Positions 38,223 to 48,820 of a stretch of 64,000 bases of DNA are shown here, piece by piece. How positions within the stretch are numbered: the stretch's first letter is position 1; each line of letters opens with the position of its first letter. Source of the DNA: an uncultured Alphaproteobacteria bacterium (GTDB lineage: Bacteria > Pseudomonadota > Alphaproteobacteria > Methylaequorales > Methylaequoraceae); the NCBI GenBank assembly GCA_902523675.1, contig CABZAL010000004.1, forward strand, positions 715 to 64,714, read 5' to 3'. The translations under genes and the position numbers were made by a program. The notes under the pieces are model-generated. The model had not been told where the DNA came from. It did no database searches and was given only the letters and a program-made list of their open reading frames with translations.

Positions 38223-38725
38223 CTGTTCAGCGTTTCTTCTAATTTTTTTTTTGAGATTTTTTTATCAATATTTTCAACTGCTGCATATTCATTACTTAAT
38301 CTATTAAGGGCTGTAAGATAGATTTGTCTTTCTGAATATGATTGTTGTTCTAAAGATTCGTCATTTTTGTGAAGGTCTCTTACAACTTCAGCTATTAAGA
38401 CTGGATCCCCACTATTAATATTTTTCTCATATTCTTTTGCTCTTTTTATCCACATATCTTTTTTTTGATTTGGTGGTTCTTTCAATATTTCTAATGCCTT
38501 TGAAATTCTATTTTTGTTGCTAAGTTTTCTTAAACCAGAATTAGCAGTCTTTTCCATCGGAATTCTCAATTTCATTTTGTCTTGTTTAAAGTTTATTAGA
38601 ACAAAATCATGGTCATTTCCGTCAATTGTGTGTGTATCAAATTCTTCAATTTGACCCACACCATAAGTTGGATAAACAACTAAATCTCCGACTTCTAAAT
38701 TTAAACTATCGTTATCTTTCTTCAA
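38219..38725 (-). CDS. carD: CarD/CdnL-family transcriptional regulator
   Basis: 168 aa with the RNAP-interacting Tudor-like motif GDLVVYPTYGVGQIEE. Confidence 0.85.
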   Translation of the reverse strand: MKKDNDSLNLEVGDLVVYPTYGVGQIEEFDTHTIDGNDHDFVLINFKQDKMKLRIPMEKTANSGLRKLSNKNRISKALEILKEPPNQKKDMWIKRAKEYEKNINSGDPVLIAEVVRDLHKNDESLEQQSYSERQIYLTALNRLSNEYAAVENIDKKISKKKLEETLNS

Positions 38726-38757
38726 ATTAACCTCCGTATTTTAAATTTATAGCCAGT

Positions 38758-39096
38758 TTATGAACCTTTCCCAGGGTTTGGGCTAAAATGTTCTTTAAAT
38801 TTATTCTTCACTCCATTCCATTTATCGCTGTCAGACGGGGGGGTACCCATTTTAGAAATATTAGGCCATTTTTCAGCATATTCTTTATTAATTTCCAGCC
38901 ACTTATCTGCATCATCACAGGTATCGTCACTTATGGCCTCTGCTGGGCATTCAGGTTCACAAACACCGCAATCTATGCATTCATCAGGATGTATTACTAA
39001 AAAATTTTCTCCTTCATAAAAACAATCAACAGGACAAACTTCCACACAATCCATATACTTACATTTAATACAATTGTCTTTAACTATATAGGGCAT
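38758..39096 (-). CDS. fdxA: 7Fe ferredoxin (3Fe-4S plus 4Fe-4S)
   Basis: [29 protein letters not shown] and [12 protein letters not shown]. The track ORF starts 18 codons upstream, but the ATG at 39096 gives the canonical N-terminus. Confidence 0.85.
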   Translation of the reverse strand: MPYIVKDNCIKCKYMDCVEVCPVDCFYEGENFLVIHPDECIDCGVCEPECPAEAISDDTCDDADKWLEINKEYAEKWPNISKMGTPPSDSDKWNGVKNKFKEHFSPNPGKGS

Positions 39097-39176
39097 AATT
39101 AATCTAGTACCAATCTCGATTGATGTCTTATATAACAACTTTCTCATCACTCTTCAAGATATTCAATATAATATAT

Positions 39177-41549
39177 TTATACATTTACTTTTGCTAATAA
39201 TTTATCTGCACTAATTATACAATTTTTAACAAATGTTCTTTCATTATTACACTCGTCTAAAAGTCTTTTGCTCAAAGGGACTTTTCTCTTTTTATTTAAA
39301 TAAATAAAGTCAATTAATTTTTCGTAAAGCGTATAATGAACCCAGTAAGCTCTATCTGATAGAAAAATTTTCCAATAACCAAACATTGGTAAATAATTTT
39401 TTCCTAACACTTGATCTTTTTCATTTATCATTATCAATTTTTTATTTACTGATTTTTCACATCTGAGATTAAAAAAAATATTTATCAACATGTGTCTGAA
39501 GGAGAATGTGTTATTTTTTTCTTCCTTAAAATAAAAAAATTTATTTCCATTGCGTAGCCCAAGATGTTTAAAAAAAGAAAATTCTTCAGAATTAAGTTTT
39601 TTATAGTGTTGATTCATTTTCTTTTTTGAGCAATATCCAAAATTTTCATATAAATTAAAGCATAGTGCTCTAAAGGAACTTGATCTTTCATTACACTTAG
39701 AACCTTCTAAAGAAGATAAAAGCTTAGAACAATTTTGATTCAGAAGAAATTTTAAAAATTGTTGGAACTTGAGCTCCAATTTTGTCTTTTCACTGTAAAA
39801 AAAGTCATCACTTATTATTTTTATATTTGGATAAAGAATTTTTTCTGATTTAGTAAACTTTGCTATGATATTTTTTTCCCAATAAATATTTCCAGAGATA
39901 TCAAAATGAAAGAATTTAAAACTAGATTCGCTAAAGTCTTTAATCACTTTTTTTGAAATTAGAAACAAAGATTGTTTTATTAACTTGTAACTGTGAGATT
40001 TATTATCCAACAGCAACGTATTGTCGTAAAATTTAAATCTAAAACCATCAAGTTTTCCTACTTTATTTTTATTTAAACTTAAATCCTTTTGTTTGCCTAA
40101 ATGCAAAAAATCATATTTTGCGTTTCTACTTTCTCTAATACTCAATGATGAATCTACAAATTTATTAATTAAATTCTTATGTAATTTATTAGACAAAAAA
40201 ATTTCTATATTTTTTATTTTTTTTTGGATTTTTTTTGATTTTTCTATCCAATTTTTTTTAAATGCTATGTAAGACCAAATCCTTATTTGGGCAATTTTTG
40301 CATTTATTGAGGAAATTTTATCTGTAACTTTTTTTATCTGTTCAACTTGAAATTCTATCCAGCTTCCAGGAATGGTTTTTTTCTTTTCTGTTAAAAAAAC
40401 GAACAATTTTATCAGTAATCTTGAATGAAATTCGTCTAACGTTTTTGTATAATCTGGAATGCCACATATTTCCCACAGTAACTCTAAATTATTTTTCTTT
40501 GATTTTAGTATTTCTATCACCCTATTATTTTGTGTTAGCATTTTTAAATGTCTTTGGTCTGCTGAATCTTTTTTTAAAATAAAATTTTTTGATTTCGGTC
40601 TAATATTAAGACTATTTAAAAGTTCTTTAGGGGAATTAAAACAAAGTTTAGAGTTTCTCCAATAGATCTTTTCAATCTCTGTATTTTTGTAATCCTCAAC
40701 AAATTCAATAATTTCATTACTTAAAGATTTTAAATTTTGAGTAATGCCAAAATAGCCAGAATTTTTATATCTTCCAGCTCTTCCAGCGATTTGAGAAATT
40801 TCGTCATTTGTTAAATATCTTTTCTTAGTACCGTCAAATTTAACTATACTAGTAAAAAAAATATATTTTATTGCCAAATTTAAACCATAACCAATTGCAT
40901 CAGTGGCGATAATGTAGTCTACTTCTCCATTTTGAAACATTCTTACTTGTGCATTTCTTGCTTCAGGAGACAAGGCGCCTGTAACTACTGAAACACCACC
41001 TCTAAACTTTTTTATTTTTTCAGCTATTGAATATACATCTATCTGAGAAAATGCAATAATTGCTGATCTTGGGGGTATTCTTGAAAGATTTTTATATCCA
41101 CAATATTTTAATTCTGAAAATCTTGGTCTTCTATTAATCTTTATATTTGGAAATATCCTAAGAAGTAAATTTTTAATGGAGCTTGATCCTAAAAATAAAG
41201 TTTCATTATTGCCTCTGACGTTTAATATTTTTTCAGTAAATTGATGACCTCTTTCGAAGTTAGCAGACAATTGAATCTCATCAATTGCTACAAAGTCAAA
41301 ATTTTTTTCAGTCGGCATAGCTTCCACTGTGCAAAAAAAAAATTGCGCTGTTTCTGGAATTATTTTTTCTTCTCCAGTTATTAATCCAACTCTTGTAATT
41401 CCCACTTTTTTTGCTGCCAGTTCATAGTTTTCTCTCGCTAATAATCTCAAAGGAAAGCCTATTATACCACTTTTAAAATTTAACATCCTTTCCACAGCAA
41501 AATATGTTTTTCCAGTGTTAGTTGGTCCAAGTATAGCTGAAAAATTCAT
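39177..41549 (-). CDS. SF2 helicase (SUV3-like ATP-dependent RNA helicase) with long C-terminal region
   Basis: 790 aa with GPTNTGKT (Walker A), AIDEIQ, TDAIGYGLN and QIAGRAGR within the first 270 aa or so. Confidence 0.7.
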   Translation of the reverse strand: MNFSAILGPTNTGKTYFAVERMLNFKSGIIGFPLRLLARENYELAAKKVGITRVGLITGEEKIIPETAQFFFCTVEAMPTEKNFDFVAIDEIQLSANFERGHQFTEKILNVRGNNETLFLGSSSIKNLLLRIFPNIKINRRPRFSELKYCGYKNLSRIPPRSAIIAFSQIDVYSIAEKIKKFRGGVSVVTGALSPEARNAQVRMFQNGEVDYIIATDAIGYGLNLAIKYIFFTSIVKFDGTKKRYLTNDEISQIAGRAGRYKNSGYFGITQNLKSLSNEIIEFVEDYKNTEIEKIYWRNSKLCFNSPKELLNSLNIRPKSKNFILKKDSADQRHLKMLTQNNRVIEILKSKKNNLELLWEICGIPDYTKTLDEFHSRLLIKLFVFLTEKKKTIPGSWIEFQVEQIKKVTDKISSINAKIAQIRIWSYIAFKKNWIEKSKKIQKKIKNIEIFLSNKLHKNLINKFVDSSLSIRESRNAKYDFLHLGKQKDLSLNKNKVGKLDGFRFKFYDNTLLLDNKSHSYKLIKQSLFLISKKVIKDFSESSFKFFHFDISGNIYWEKNIIAKFTKSEKILYPNIKIISDDFFYSEKTKLELKFQQFLKFLLNQNCSKLLSSLEGSKCNERSSSFRALCFNLYENFGYCSKKKMNQHYKKLNSEEFSFFKHLGLRNGNKFFYFKEEKNNTFSFRHMLINIFFNLRCEKSVNKKLIMINEKDQVLGKNYLPMFGYWKIFLSDRAYWVHYTLYEKLIDFIYLNKKRKVPLSKRLLDECNNERTFVKNCIISADKLLAKVNV

Positions 41550-41554
41550 TTTTT

Positions 41555-44185
41555 TTATTGTTTGCTGACTTTATCTAAAACGTAGGGTAATATTCCATCT
41601 TTTTTAAAAAAATTTATCTCATTCCAAGTATCAATTCTAGAATTGACATCTACATTAATCTCTCGACCATTTTTATATTTTATCGCAATCTGTTTTTTTA
41701 AATTTGGTTTCTTGATATACGTTTCAATTGAACCTAAATCCAAAATTTCCGACCCATCTAAATTTAAATCATCAAGGTAAACATCGGAAAATTCCAGAGG
41801 AAGTACTCCCATTCCGACCAAATTAGATCTATGTATTCTTTCAAAACTTTCAGCTATAACTGCTCTAATGCCTAACAACTTTGTTCCTTTGGCTGCCCAA
41901 TCTCGAGAAGAGCCAGTTCCATATTCTTTACCAGCAATAACAACTAGTGGTACGTTTTCACTTTCATAAATTTTAGAAATATCATAAATTTCTCCTTTTT
42001 TTTGACTTGGATGATGAAGAGTAAACCCACCTTCTTCTTTTACCATTTTATTTTTTATTCTAATGTTGGCAAAAGTTCCCCTTACCATTACTTCATGATT
42101 ACCCCTTCTAGACCCAAAAGAATTAAAATTTGCTTTAGAAACTTGTCTGTTTAACAAAAACCCTCCAGCAGAACTATTTTCTTTGATTACACCAGCTGGT
42201 GAAATATGATCGGTAGTAACTGAATCACCTAAGATCAATAATGGTCTTGCATTATCTAACATACTGCTTTGTTTTTTAAGATCCAAAAAAGGGGGTTTTT
42301 TAATATAAGTTGAGGAAATTGACCAATTAAATGTCTCTGATTTTGTTGTTTTAATTTTTTTCCAGTTTTCGTCACCTTCCGCGATTTTAGAATATTTTGA
42401 AGTGAAAATTTTTTTATCAAGAACCGATTTCATAATTTTTTTTACTTGAAAATCATTGGGCCAAAGGTCCTTAAAAAAAATATGCTCTTTTTCAGATATT
42501 GGGTCTGTTTCAAACTGTAAATTTACTTTTCCAGCCAATGCATACATTACTACAAGAGGAGGAGAGGCTAAAAAATTTGATTTTACAAGTGGATGTATTC
42601 TACCCTCAAAATTTCTATTTCCAGAAATAACGCTGCACACATTTAAATTTCTCTCATTAATTTCCTTTTCAACTTTTTTATTTAAAGGGCCAGAATTTCC
42701 AATACAGGTTGTGCAACCATAACCTACAATATTAAAGCCTAATTTATTTAATGGTTCCAATAAATTTGACTTTTCTAAGTATTCTTCAACAACCTGACTT
42801 CCTGGAGCCAAAGAAGTTTTGACCCAGTTTGGTACATTTATTTTATATTGTACTGCTTTTTGTGCAATTAAACCGGCCATGAGCATCACCTCTGGGTTTG
42901 AAGTATTTGTACAACTAGTTATTGCAGCCACGCAAACTGAGCCATGATCAAGTTTATTTTTTTCTTGGTCACTTAGTTCTTTCTCTTCTCTTTCTGAAAG
43001 CTGCTTCAAAAAGATTTTTTTTACATCCTTTAATTTCACTCTATCTTGAGGTCTTTTAGGTCCTGAAACGCAAGGTTCTATTTCGTTTAAATTAATTTCT
43101 AAAATATTATTATATTCAATCTCCTCAGAATCCTCTTCAACCCATGTTCCTTGAATTTGACTGTATTTTTTTACAATATTTGTAAGAGCTTGTGTTCTAC
43201 CTGTAATATTAAGATACCTTAAAGTTTCTTCATCAGTTGGGAAAATACCACAAGTAGCACCATACTCAGGGGCCATATTAGAAATAGTTGAACGCTCAGA
43301 TAATGAGAGATATTTCAAACCTGAGCCAAAAAATTCAACAAACTTTCCGACTACTCCGAATTTTCTAAGCTTTTCTGTAATGAGTAATACTAAATCTGTC
43401 GCTGTAATTCCCTCATTTAATTTTCCTTTGAGTCTTACACCTAAAACGTCTGGAATAAGCATTGAAATAGATTCTCCTAACATAACAGATTCTGCTTCTA
43501 TTCCTCCTACTCCCCAGCCAATAACAGAGAGAGCATTAACCATTGTAGTGTGACTGTCGGTGCCAACAACAGAATCAAAATATAAGGTTTTTTCTTTTTG
43601 TGATACAATTTCTGCCAAATATTCAAGATTGATTTGATGACAAATACCTGCTCCAGGGGGGAAAACCTCAAAATTTTTAAAAGAGGACTGGGCCCACTTT
43701 AACAACTGATAACGTTCCATGTTTCTTTTAAACTCTTCAGAAATATTTTTTCTAATAGAGTTAGAACTTCCAAAATCATCTACTGTAATAGAGTGATCAA
43801 CAACTAAACTAACTGGAACAAGAGGATTAATGATGTTGGGATCAAGTTTATTTTTCTTCAATGAATCTCTCATTGCGGCTAAATCAGAAACTGCAGGTAC
43901 CCCGGTGTAGTCCTGCATAAGAACTCTTGACGGTTTAAATTGTATTTCTGAGCCAATTCTTTTTTTTATTAGATTTTCAATGTCACTTTCTTTAACTATT
44001 TTTTGATCAAAATTCCTAATTAGATTTTCCAATAAAATTTTATAACAAATTGGTAAATTCGAAACTTTACAATTATAAATTCTCTCAATATTATTGATGT
44101 TGAAAAATTCATAATAGGAATTGTCAATTTTTATTCGATCTCTAAAATTTTTTAGTTTAAAGTTTTTTTTCATTTCTTTTCCCAT
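41555..44185 (-). CDS. acnA: aconitate hydratase A
   Basis: 876 aa with GTDSHTTM, SCTNTSNP and GCTTCIGNSG cluster-ligand motifs. Confidence 0.9.
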   Translation of the reverse strand: MGKEMKKNFKLKNFRDRIKIDNSYYEFFNINNIERIYNCKVSNLPICYKILLENLIRNFDQKIVKESDIENLIKKRIGSEIQFKPSRVLMQDYTGVPAVSDLAAMRDSLKKNKLDPNIINPLVPVSLVVDHSITVDDFGSSNSIRKNISEEFKRNMERYQLLKWAQSSFKNFEVFPPGAGICHQINLEYLAEIVSQKEKTLYFDSVVGTDSHTTMVNALSVIGWGVGGIEAESVMLGESISMLIPDVLGVRLKGKLNEGITATDLVLLITEKLRKFGVVGKFVEFFGSGLKYLSLSERSTISNMAPEYGATCGIFPTDEETLRYLNITGRTQALTNIVKKYSQIQGTWVEEDSEEIEYNNILEINLNEIEPCVSGPKRPQDRVKLKDVKKIFLKQLSEREEKELSDQEKNKLDHGSVCVAAITSCTNTSNPEVMLMAGLIAQKAVQYKINVPNWVKTSLAPGSQVVEEYLEKSNLLEPLNKLGFNIVGYGCTTCIGNSGPLNKKVEKEINERNLNVCSVISGNRNFEGRIHPLVKSNFLASPPLVVMYALAGKVNLQFETDPISEKEHIFFKDLWPNDFQVKKIMKSVLDKKIFTSKYSKIAEGDENWKKIKTTKSETFNWSISSTYIKKPPFLDLKKQSSMLDNARPLLILGDSVTTDHISPAGVIKENSSAGGFLLNRQVSKANFNSFGSRRGNHEVMVRGTFANIRIKNKMVKEEGGFTLHHPSQKKGEIYDISKIYESENVPLVVIAGKEYGTGSSRDWAAKGTKLLGIRAVIAESFERIHRSNLVGMGVLPLEFSDVYLDDLNLDGSEILDLGSIETYIKKPNLKKQIAIKYKNGREINVDVNSRIDTWNEINFFKKDGILPYVLDKVSKQ

Positions 44186-44235
44186 TTTTATAAAATTTAA
44201 TTGCTATTTAAAAATATTCTATAGTAAGAAGAATT

Positions 44236-44901
44236 ATGATTTTAAAAATTGACTCAATATGTATTAGACGAAACAAGAAAATCTTATTTGATAATCTTAG
44301 TTTAAATTTAAAAAAATCTCAAATTTTGTTTTTAAAAGGCTCAAATGGGATTGGAAAAACAAGTTTACTAGACGCAATTTCGGGACTTTTAAATCCCGAA
44401 AAAGGAGAAATATATATTACTGATTACTTATTGCGTAATAAAAAAAAGTTAGATAAAAGAAGCTTTTTTTATTTAGGCCATGATTTTTGTCTTAAAGACA
44501 ATCTTACAGTAATTGAAAATCTAATAATATGGGCAAAACTGTGCGGAAAATCTGCGACCAAAAAAAATATTATTCAAAAGTTAAAATACTTTAAAATTAA
44601 TAATCTAATTGATATTCCAATTTACAAATTATCTCAGGGACAAAAAAGAAAAGTTTCGCTTTGCAAGTTACTATTTGACTCAAGAAAAATTTGGATTTTA
44701 GATGAACCAACCTCTGGTTTAGATGTTTCTTCAACACAAAATTTTTTAAAGCTTTTAAAAAGTCACGTCAGAAAAGAAGGAAGTGTAATTATTACATCAC
44801 ATATCGATCTCAATATTAAACCAACACATACGATAGATTTAAATAAGCAAAAAGTTAAAATTAAATCTCAATTAAATTTTAAGACCTGGAATCATTTATG
44901 A
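44236..44901 (+). CDS. ccmA: heme exporter ATP-binding protein CcmA
   Basis: It has Walker A GSNGIGKTS, the ABC signature LSQGQKRK and Walker B ILDEP. It is the first gene of the ccm operon. Confidence 0.85.
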   Translation: MILKIDSICIRRNKKILFDNLSLNLKKSQILFLKGSNGIGKTSLLDAISGLLNPEKGEIYITDYLLRNKKKLDKRSFFYLGHDFCLKDNLTVIENLIIWAKLCGKSATKKNIIQKLKYFKINNLIDIPIYKLSQGQKRKVSLCKLLFDSRKIWILDEPTSGLDVSSTQNFLKLLKSHVRKEGSVIITSHIDLNIKPTHTIDLNKQKVKIKSQLNFKTWNHL

Positions 44902-45563
44902 GAAAGTTTAAAAGTTTATTATTTAGAGAATTTTTTTTAAGTTTTAGAAATACTCATAGCTTAATAATTTGCCTTTTATTTTTTGTACTTGGAATTACAA
45001 TTTTTACCATATCGATAGGAAGTGCAAGCATAACTGAATTAAATATAGGTTCATCAATTATATGGGTTCTTTTTATTTTTACTTTACTTTTAAGTGTTGA
45101 ACAATTTTTTTTAAAAGATCATTTAGATGGAAGTCTCAAGGAATTGGTTTTGTTAGGGTTTTCATCAGACTTAATTATTATTACAAAAACTCTTACTATA
45201 TGGGTTTTCTTAATTTTTCCTATACTTCTTTTTTTTCCCTTTGTTGGAATTGTGCTAGGTATTGAATTAAAAGAAATCTATATTCAGCTAATTGCGATTT
45301 TTCTTAGTAGTCCAAGTTTAATATTACTCTCAATAATTGGAACTTTAGTTACAATCCAGTCCAACAGTAGTAAAATAATGTTAACAATTTTGATACTACC
45401 CTTTATTATTCCAATTTTAATTTTTGGGGTTGGTGCAGCTGAAACATTTTTTGAATCAACAAAACCATTTCAAAACTTTTTTATTTTAATTGCAATTTTT
45501 TTAATTACATTACCATTAACATTGTTTGTGGGCAGAATTGCCTTTAAGGAGTTAAATAATTGA
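44898..45563 (+). CDS. ccmB: heme exporter membrane protein CcmB
   Basis: 221 aa, polytopic. It overlaps ccmA by 4 nt and is in operon context. Confidence 0.8.
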   Translation: MRKFKSLLFREFFLSFRNTHSLIICLLFFVLGITIFTISIGSASITELNIGSSIIWVLFIFTLLLSVEQFFLKDHLDGSLKELVLLGFSSDLIIITKTLTIWVFLIFPILLFFPFVGIVLGIELKEIYIQLIAIFLSSPSLILLSIIGTLVTIQSNSSKIMLTILILPFIIPILIFGVGAAETFFESTKPFQNFFILIAIFLITLPLTLFVGRIAFKELNN

Positions 45564-46276
45564 ATTTTTTTAATCTATCTAGTCCTAATAAATTTCAAAA
45601 ATTTTCTAAGAGAATTTATCCGTGGGTTTCTTATGGATCAATAATGTTTCTGTTTATCGGATTATTTTTTTCTTTCTTTAAATCTCCTCCCGACTATCTA
45701 CAGGGCGAAAGTGTAAGAATAATGTATATTCATGTGCCAGCAGCTTGGCTTTCACTACAAATTTATGTTGTAATGGCTATTTGTAGTTTTGTTTCTTTGG
45801 TTTATAGACATTCATTAGCTGATATAATTTCTAGATCCTGCGCGCCAATTGGTGCAACTTTCACTTTTATAACTTTAATTACTGGTTCTATTTGGGGAAA
45901 GCCTACATGGGGTGCATGGTGGGTGTGGGATGCCAGACTTACATCTGAACTTATCCTATTTTTCATTTATATTGGTCATATGATTGTTTCAAACTCTTAT
46001 GAAGATTACAGAAAAGGTGATAAGAATGCAGCTATACTGACTTTAGTTGGAATAGTAAACTTACCAATTATAAAATGGTCTGTTGACTGGTGGAACACAT
46101 TGCATCAACCAGCTAGCATAATGAAGTTAGATACTCCTTCAATTGATTCTGAAATGCTTACTCCTTTATTCTTTATGGCTATTTCATTTTTTTTAATTTT
46201 TCTTTCAATTATGTTAACTAGAATTTCAACAGAAATTATGGTTCGTAAGATTGAAATCATAAAATCAAACTTTTAA
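45560..46276 (+). CDS. ccmC: heme exporter protein CcmC
   Basis: It has the WWD motif WGAWWVWDARLTS and a TTG start overlapping the ccmB stop. Confidence 0.85.
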   Translation: MNFFNLSSPNKFQKFSKRIYPWVSYGSIMFLFIGLFFSFFKSPPDYLQGESVRIMYIHVPAAWLSLQIYVVMAICSFVSLVYRHSLADIISRSCAPIGATFTFITLITGSIWGKPTWGAWWVWDARLTSELILFFIYIGHMIVSNSYEDYRKGDKNAAILTLVGIVNLPIIKWSVDWWNTLHQPASIMKLDTPSIDSEMLTPLFFMAISFFLIFLSIMLTRISTEIMVRKIEIIKSNF

Positions 46277-46283
46277 TTACAAA

Positions 46284-46451
46284 ATGGAAAATTTTTTAAC
46301 ATTTTTGAATTCTGATAAATATATCACTTATGTGTGTTCATCATATCTAATATGTTTTTTTGGACTTTTAATTTTAAAAATCAGTTCTCATATTAAAGAG
46401 AAAAAGGTTATTAAAGAATATACTGATATTAAGAGAAAATATGAAAGCTAA
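46284..46451 (+). CDS. ccmD: heme exporter protein CcmD (55 aa)
   Basis: Not in the track. MENFLTFLNSDKYITYVCSSYLICFFGLLILKISSHIKEKK... is a single-TM protein. It lies between ccmC and ccmE and overlaps the ccmE start by 11 nt. Confidence 0.6.
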   Translation: MENFLTFLNSDKYITYVCSSYLICFFGLLILKISSHIKEKKVIKEYTDIKRKYES

Positions 46452-46893
46452 AAATAAAAGATTGATGATAATAATCTCTTTATTAGCAACCTTTTTTTTG
46501 GGTTGTATTTTATTGTTTTTAAATTTAAGAGAAAACTTAATTTACTTTTATTCGCCAACTGAGATCAATGAGAGTAAAACTACAAAAACCGAAAAGATTA
46601 GGGTTGGTGGGATGGTATCAAAGGGAAGTGTAAAAAGAGAATTAATAATGAGAGATAATGAAAAATTGGAAAAAATAAATTTTGAAATTACTGATTTTGA
46701 AAATTCTGTTCAAGTAAATTATATTGGTATTCTTCCAGACTTATTTAAAGAAGAGCAAGGAGTAGTAGTAGAAGGAATTTTTAAAAATCAAATTTTTCTA
46801 GCAAGTAAAGTCTTAGCTAAACATGATGAAAATTACATGCCGCCAGAAATAAAAAAAATGCAATTACTTAAGGATAATAATGATGGTAGTTGA
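46441..46893 (+). CDS. ccmE: cytochrome c-type biogenesis heme chaperone CcmE
   Basis: 150 aa with an N-terminal TM anchor and the heme-binding His motif LAKHDENYMPPE. Confidence 0.85.
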   Translation: MKAKNKRLMIIISLLATFFLGCILLFLNLRENLIYFYSPTEINESKTTKTEKIRVGGMVSKGSVKRELIMRDNEKLEKINFEITDFENSVQVNYIGILPDLFKEEQGVVVEGIFKNQIFLASKVLAKHDENYMPPEIKKMQLLKDNNDGS

Positions 46894-48820
46894 ATTTGGT
46901 TATATTTTTTTAGTACTAACAATCGTATTTAGTTTTTTTCAGTTTTGCCAACCTATCTTACAAAATTTTATTAAAAACAAAACTGGGGAATTTATCAGAA
47001 TTGATAAGTGTGCTAATATAGTTTTTTTTAGCACTTTTCTTTCTTTTATCTGTTTAACTTATGCTTTCGTCGTTTCAGATTTTTCTCTGGAAATTACAGT
47101 AAAAAATTCTAATAGCGAATTACCATTAATTTATAAAATGACTGGTGTATGGGGTAATCATGAAGGGTCAATTCTTTTATGGTTATTAGTTATGACTCTA
47201 TTTGGTTTTATATTTTCTAGACATAAATTAAAGAATATAGATCTCAAAAATATCATTCTTTCAATTCAAGGTTGTTTGTGCTTTCTAATTGGTTTGTTTG
47301 TAATTGTAACTTCCAACCCGTTCGAAAGAATTTTTCCACCTAAAATTGAGGGAAGTGATTTAAATCCATTACTGCAAGATCCTGGTTTAGCCATTCATCC
47401 CCCTTTTTTATATCTAGGTTACGTTGGCTTTTCGATAGTATACTCAATGGCTGTTGGTCTTCTAATTAAAAAAAAATGTAGCAAAGATTTTATAGCCTTA
47501 ATGAAACCATGGATCTTTATGTCATGGATTTTTTTGACAATTGGAATCGGTCTGGGAAGCTGGTGGGCTTATTATGAATTAGGGTGGGGTGGATTTTGGT
47601 TTTGGGATCCTGTTGAAAATGCATCACTTCTCCCTTGGTTGACTGCTACTGCTTTATTGCATTCAATCTTAGTTGTAGAAAAAAAAGAAACTTTAATAAC
47701 TTGGACAATACTTTTAAGTATAATTACTTTCTCTTTAAGTCTATTAGGGACATTCTTAGTCAGATCCGGTGTGCTGGTTTCAGTTCACGCATTTGCAAAC
47801 GACCCTGGAAGAGGTTTGTTTATATTACTACTTTTACTTTCAATTTTTGGATTTGGAATTTTTATTTTCCTAAAAAATTACAAAAATTTTCTTGATAATA
47901 AAAATATTGAGATTCTTTCCAAAGAAGGAGCGATTTCATTAAATAATATTTTCATGGTCACTATCTCTGCGACAATTCTTTTAGGAACAATTTATCCTTT
48001 AATATCTGATGCATTTTTCAATAAAAAAATTTCAGTAGGGGCGCCTTTTTTTAACGCAGTAATAATACCTTTTGTCGGACCGTTAATTTTAGGTATGATT
48101 CTTGGACCGTTTCTAAAATGGGGTCGTGATGATATATTGAAAGTTTTCAATAGATTAAAACCACTAATAATTTTTTTGTTTATAATAACGTTAATCTACT
48201 GGTACTTCGAAAATCAAGGTCCAGTTGTTTCAATTGTCTCTTTCACACTAGCAATTTGGCTAATTGTAAGCTCTTTATTTGAAATTTTTTATAATTCCCT
48301 CTTAAGATTCAAAAATAAACAAAAAGAATTTTGGAAATTACCTTCAAAAATTTTTGCGCAAGCTACTGCACACATTGGTGTCGCGTTAGTTATAATTGGG
48401 GCAACTGGAGGTTCAGTTTTAAAAGAAGAAAAAATCCAATTCCAGAAATTAGGAGAATTTATAAAAGTACATGGTTATGAAATAGAATTTAATAATATGG
48501 AAAATAAACTCATTGATAATTACAGATCGGATTATGCAACCTTTAAAGTTTATAAAAATGACGAATTCATTAAAAACCTTTATCCTGAAAAAAGATATTA
48601 TAATACTGGAAAACAGGTAACTACAGAAGCTGCGATACACTCTACTTTTTTTGGTGATATATATATAGCAATTGGTGAAAGAAATGAATCATTTAGTGAT
48701 TTTCAATCTTGGACAACTCGAATTTGGTTTAACCCATTTATCATATGGATTTGGGCAGGTGTTTTTTTTATGGCATCAGGAGGTATAATTTCCTTGCTTA
48801 AATCATATAGAAAAGTATGA
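46880..48820 (+). CDS. ccmF: cytochrome c heme lyase subunit CcmF
   Basis: 646 aa, polytopic, with the WWD motif WGGFWFWDPVEN. Confidence 0.9.
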   Translation: MMVVEFGYIFLVLTIVFSFFQFCQPILQNFIKNKTGEFIRIDKCANIVFFSTFLSFICLTYAFVVSDFSLEITVKNSNSELPLIYKMTGVWGNHEGSILLWLLVMTLFGFIFSRHKLKNIDLKNIILSIQGCLCFLIGLFVIVTSNPFERIFPPKIEGSDLNPLLQDPGLAIHPPFLYLGYVGFSIVYSMAVGLLIKKKCSKDFIALMKPWIFMSWIFLTIGIGLGSWWAYYELGWGGFWFWDPVENASLLPWLTATALLHSILVVEKKETLITWTILLSIITFSLSLLGTFLVRSGVLVSVHAFANDPGRGLFILLLLLSIFGFGIFIFLKNYKNFLDNKNIEILSKEGAISLNNIFMVTISATILLGTIYPLISDAFFNKKISVGAPFFNAVIIPFVGPLILGMILGPFLKWGRDDILKVFNRLKPLIIFLFIITLIYWYFENQGPVVSIVSFTLAIWLIVSSLFEIFYNSLLRFKNKQKEFWKLPSKIFAQATAHIGVALVIIGATGGSVLKEEKIQFQKLGEFIKVHGYEIEFNNMENKLIDNYRSDYATFKVYKNDEFIKNLYPEKRYYNTGKQVTTEAAIHSTFFGDIYIAIGERNESFSDFQSWTTRIWFNPFIIWIWAGVFFMASGGIISLLKSYRKV

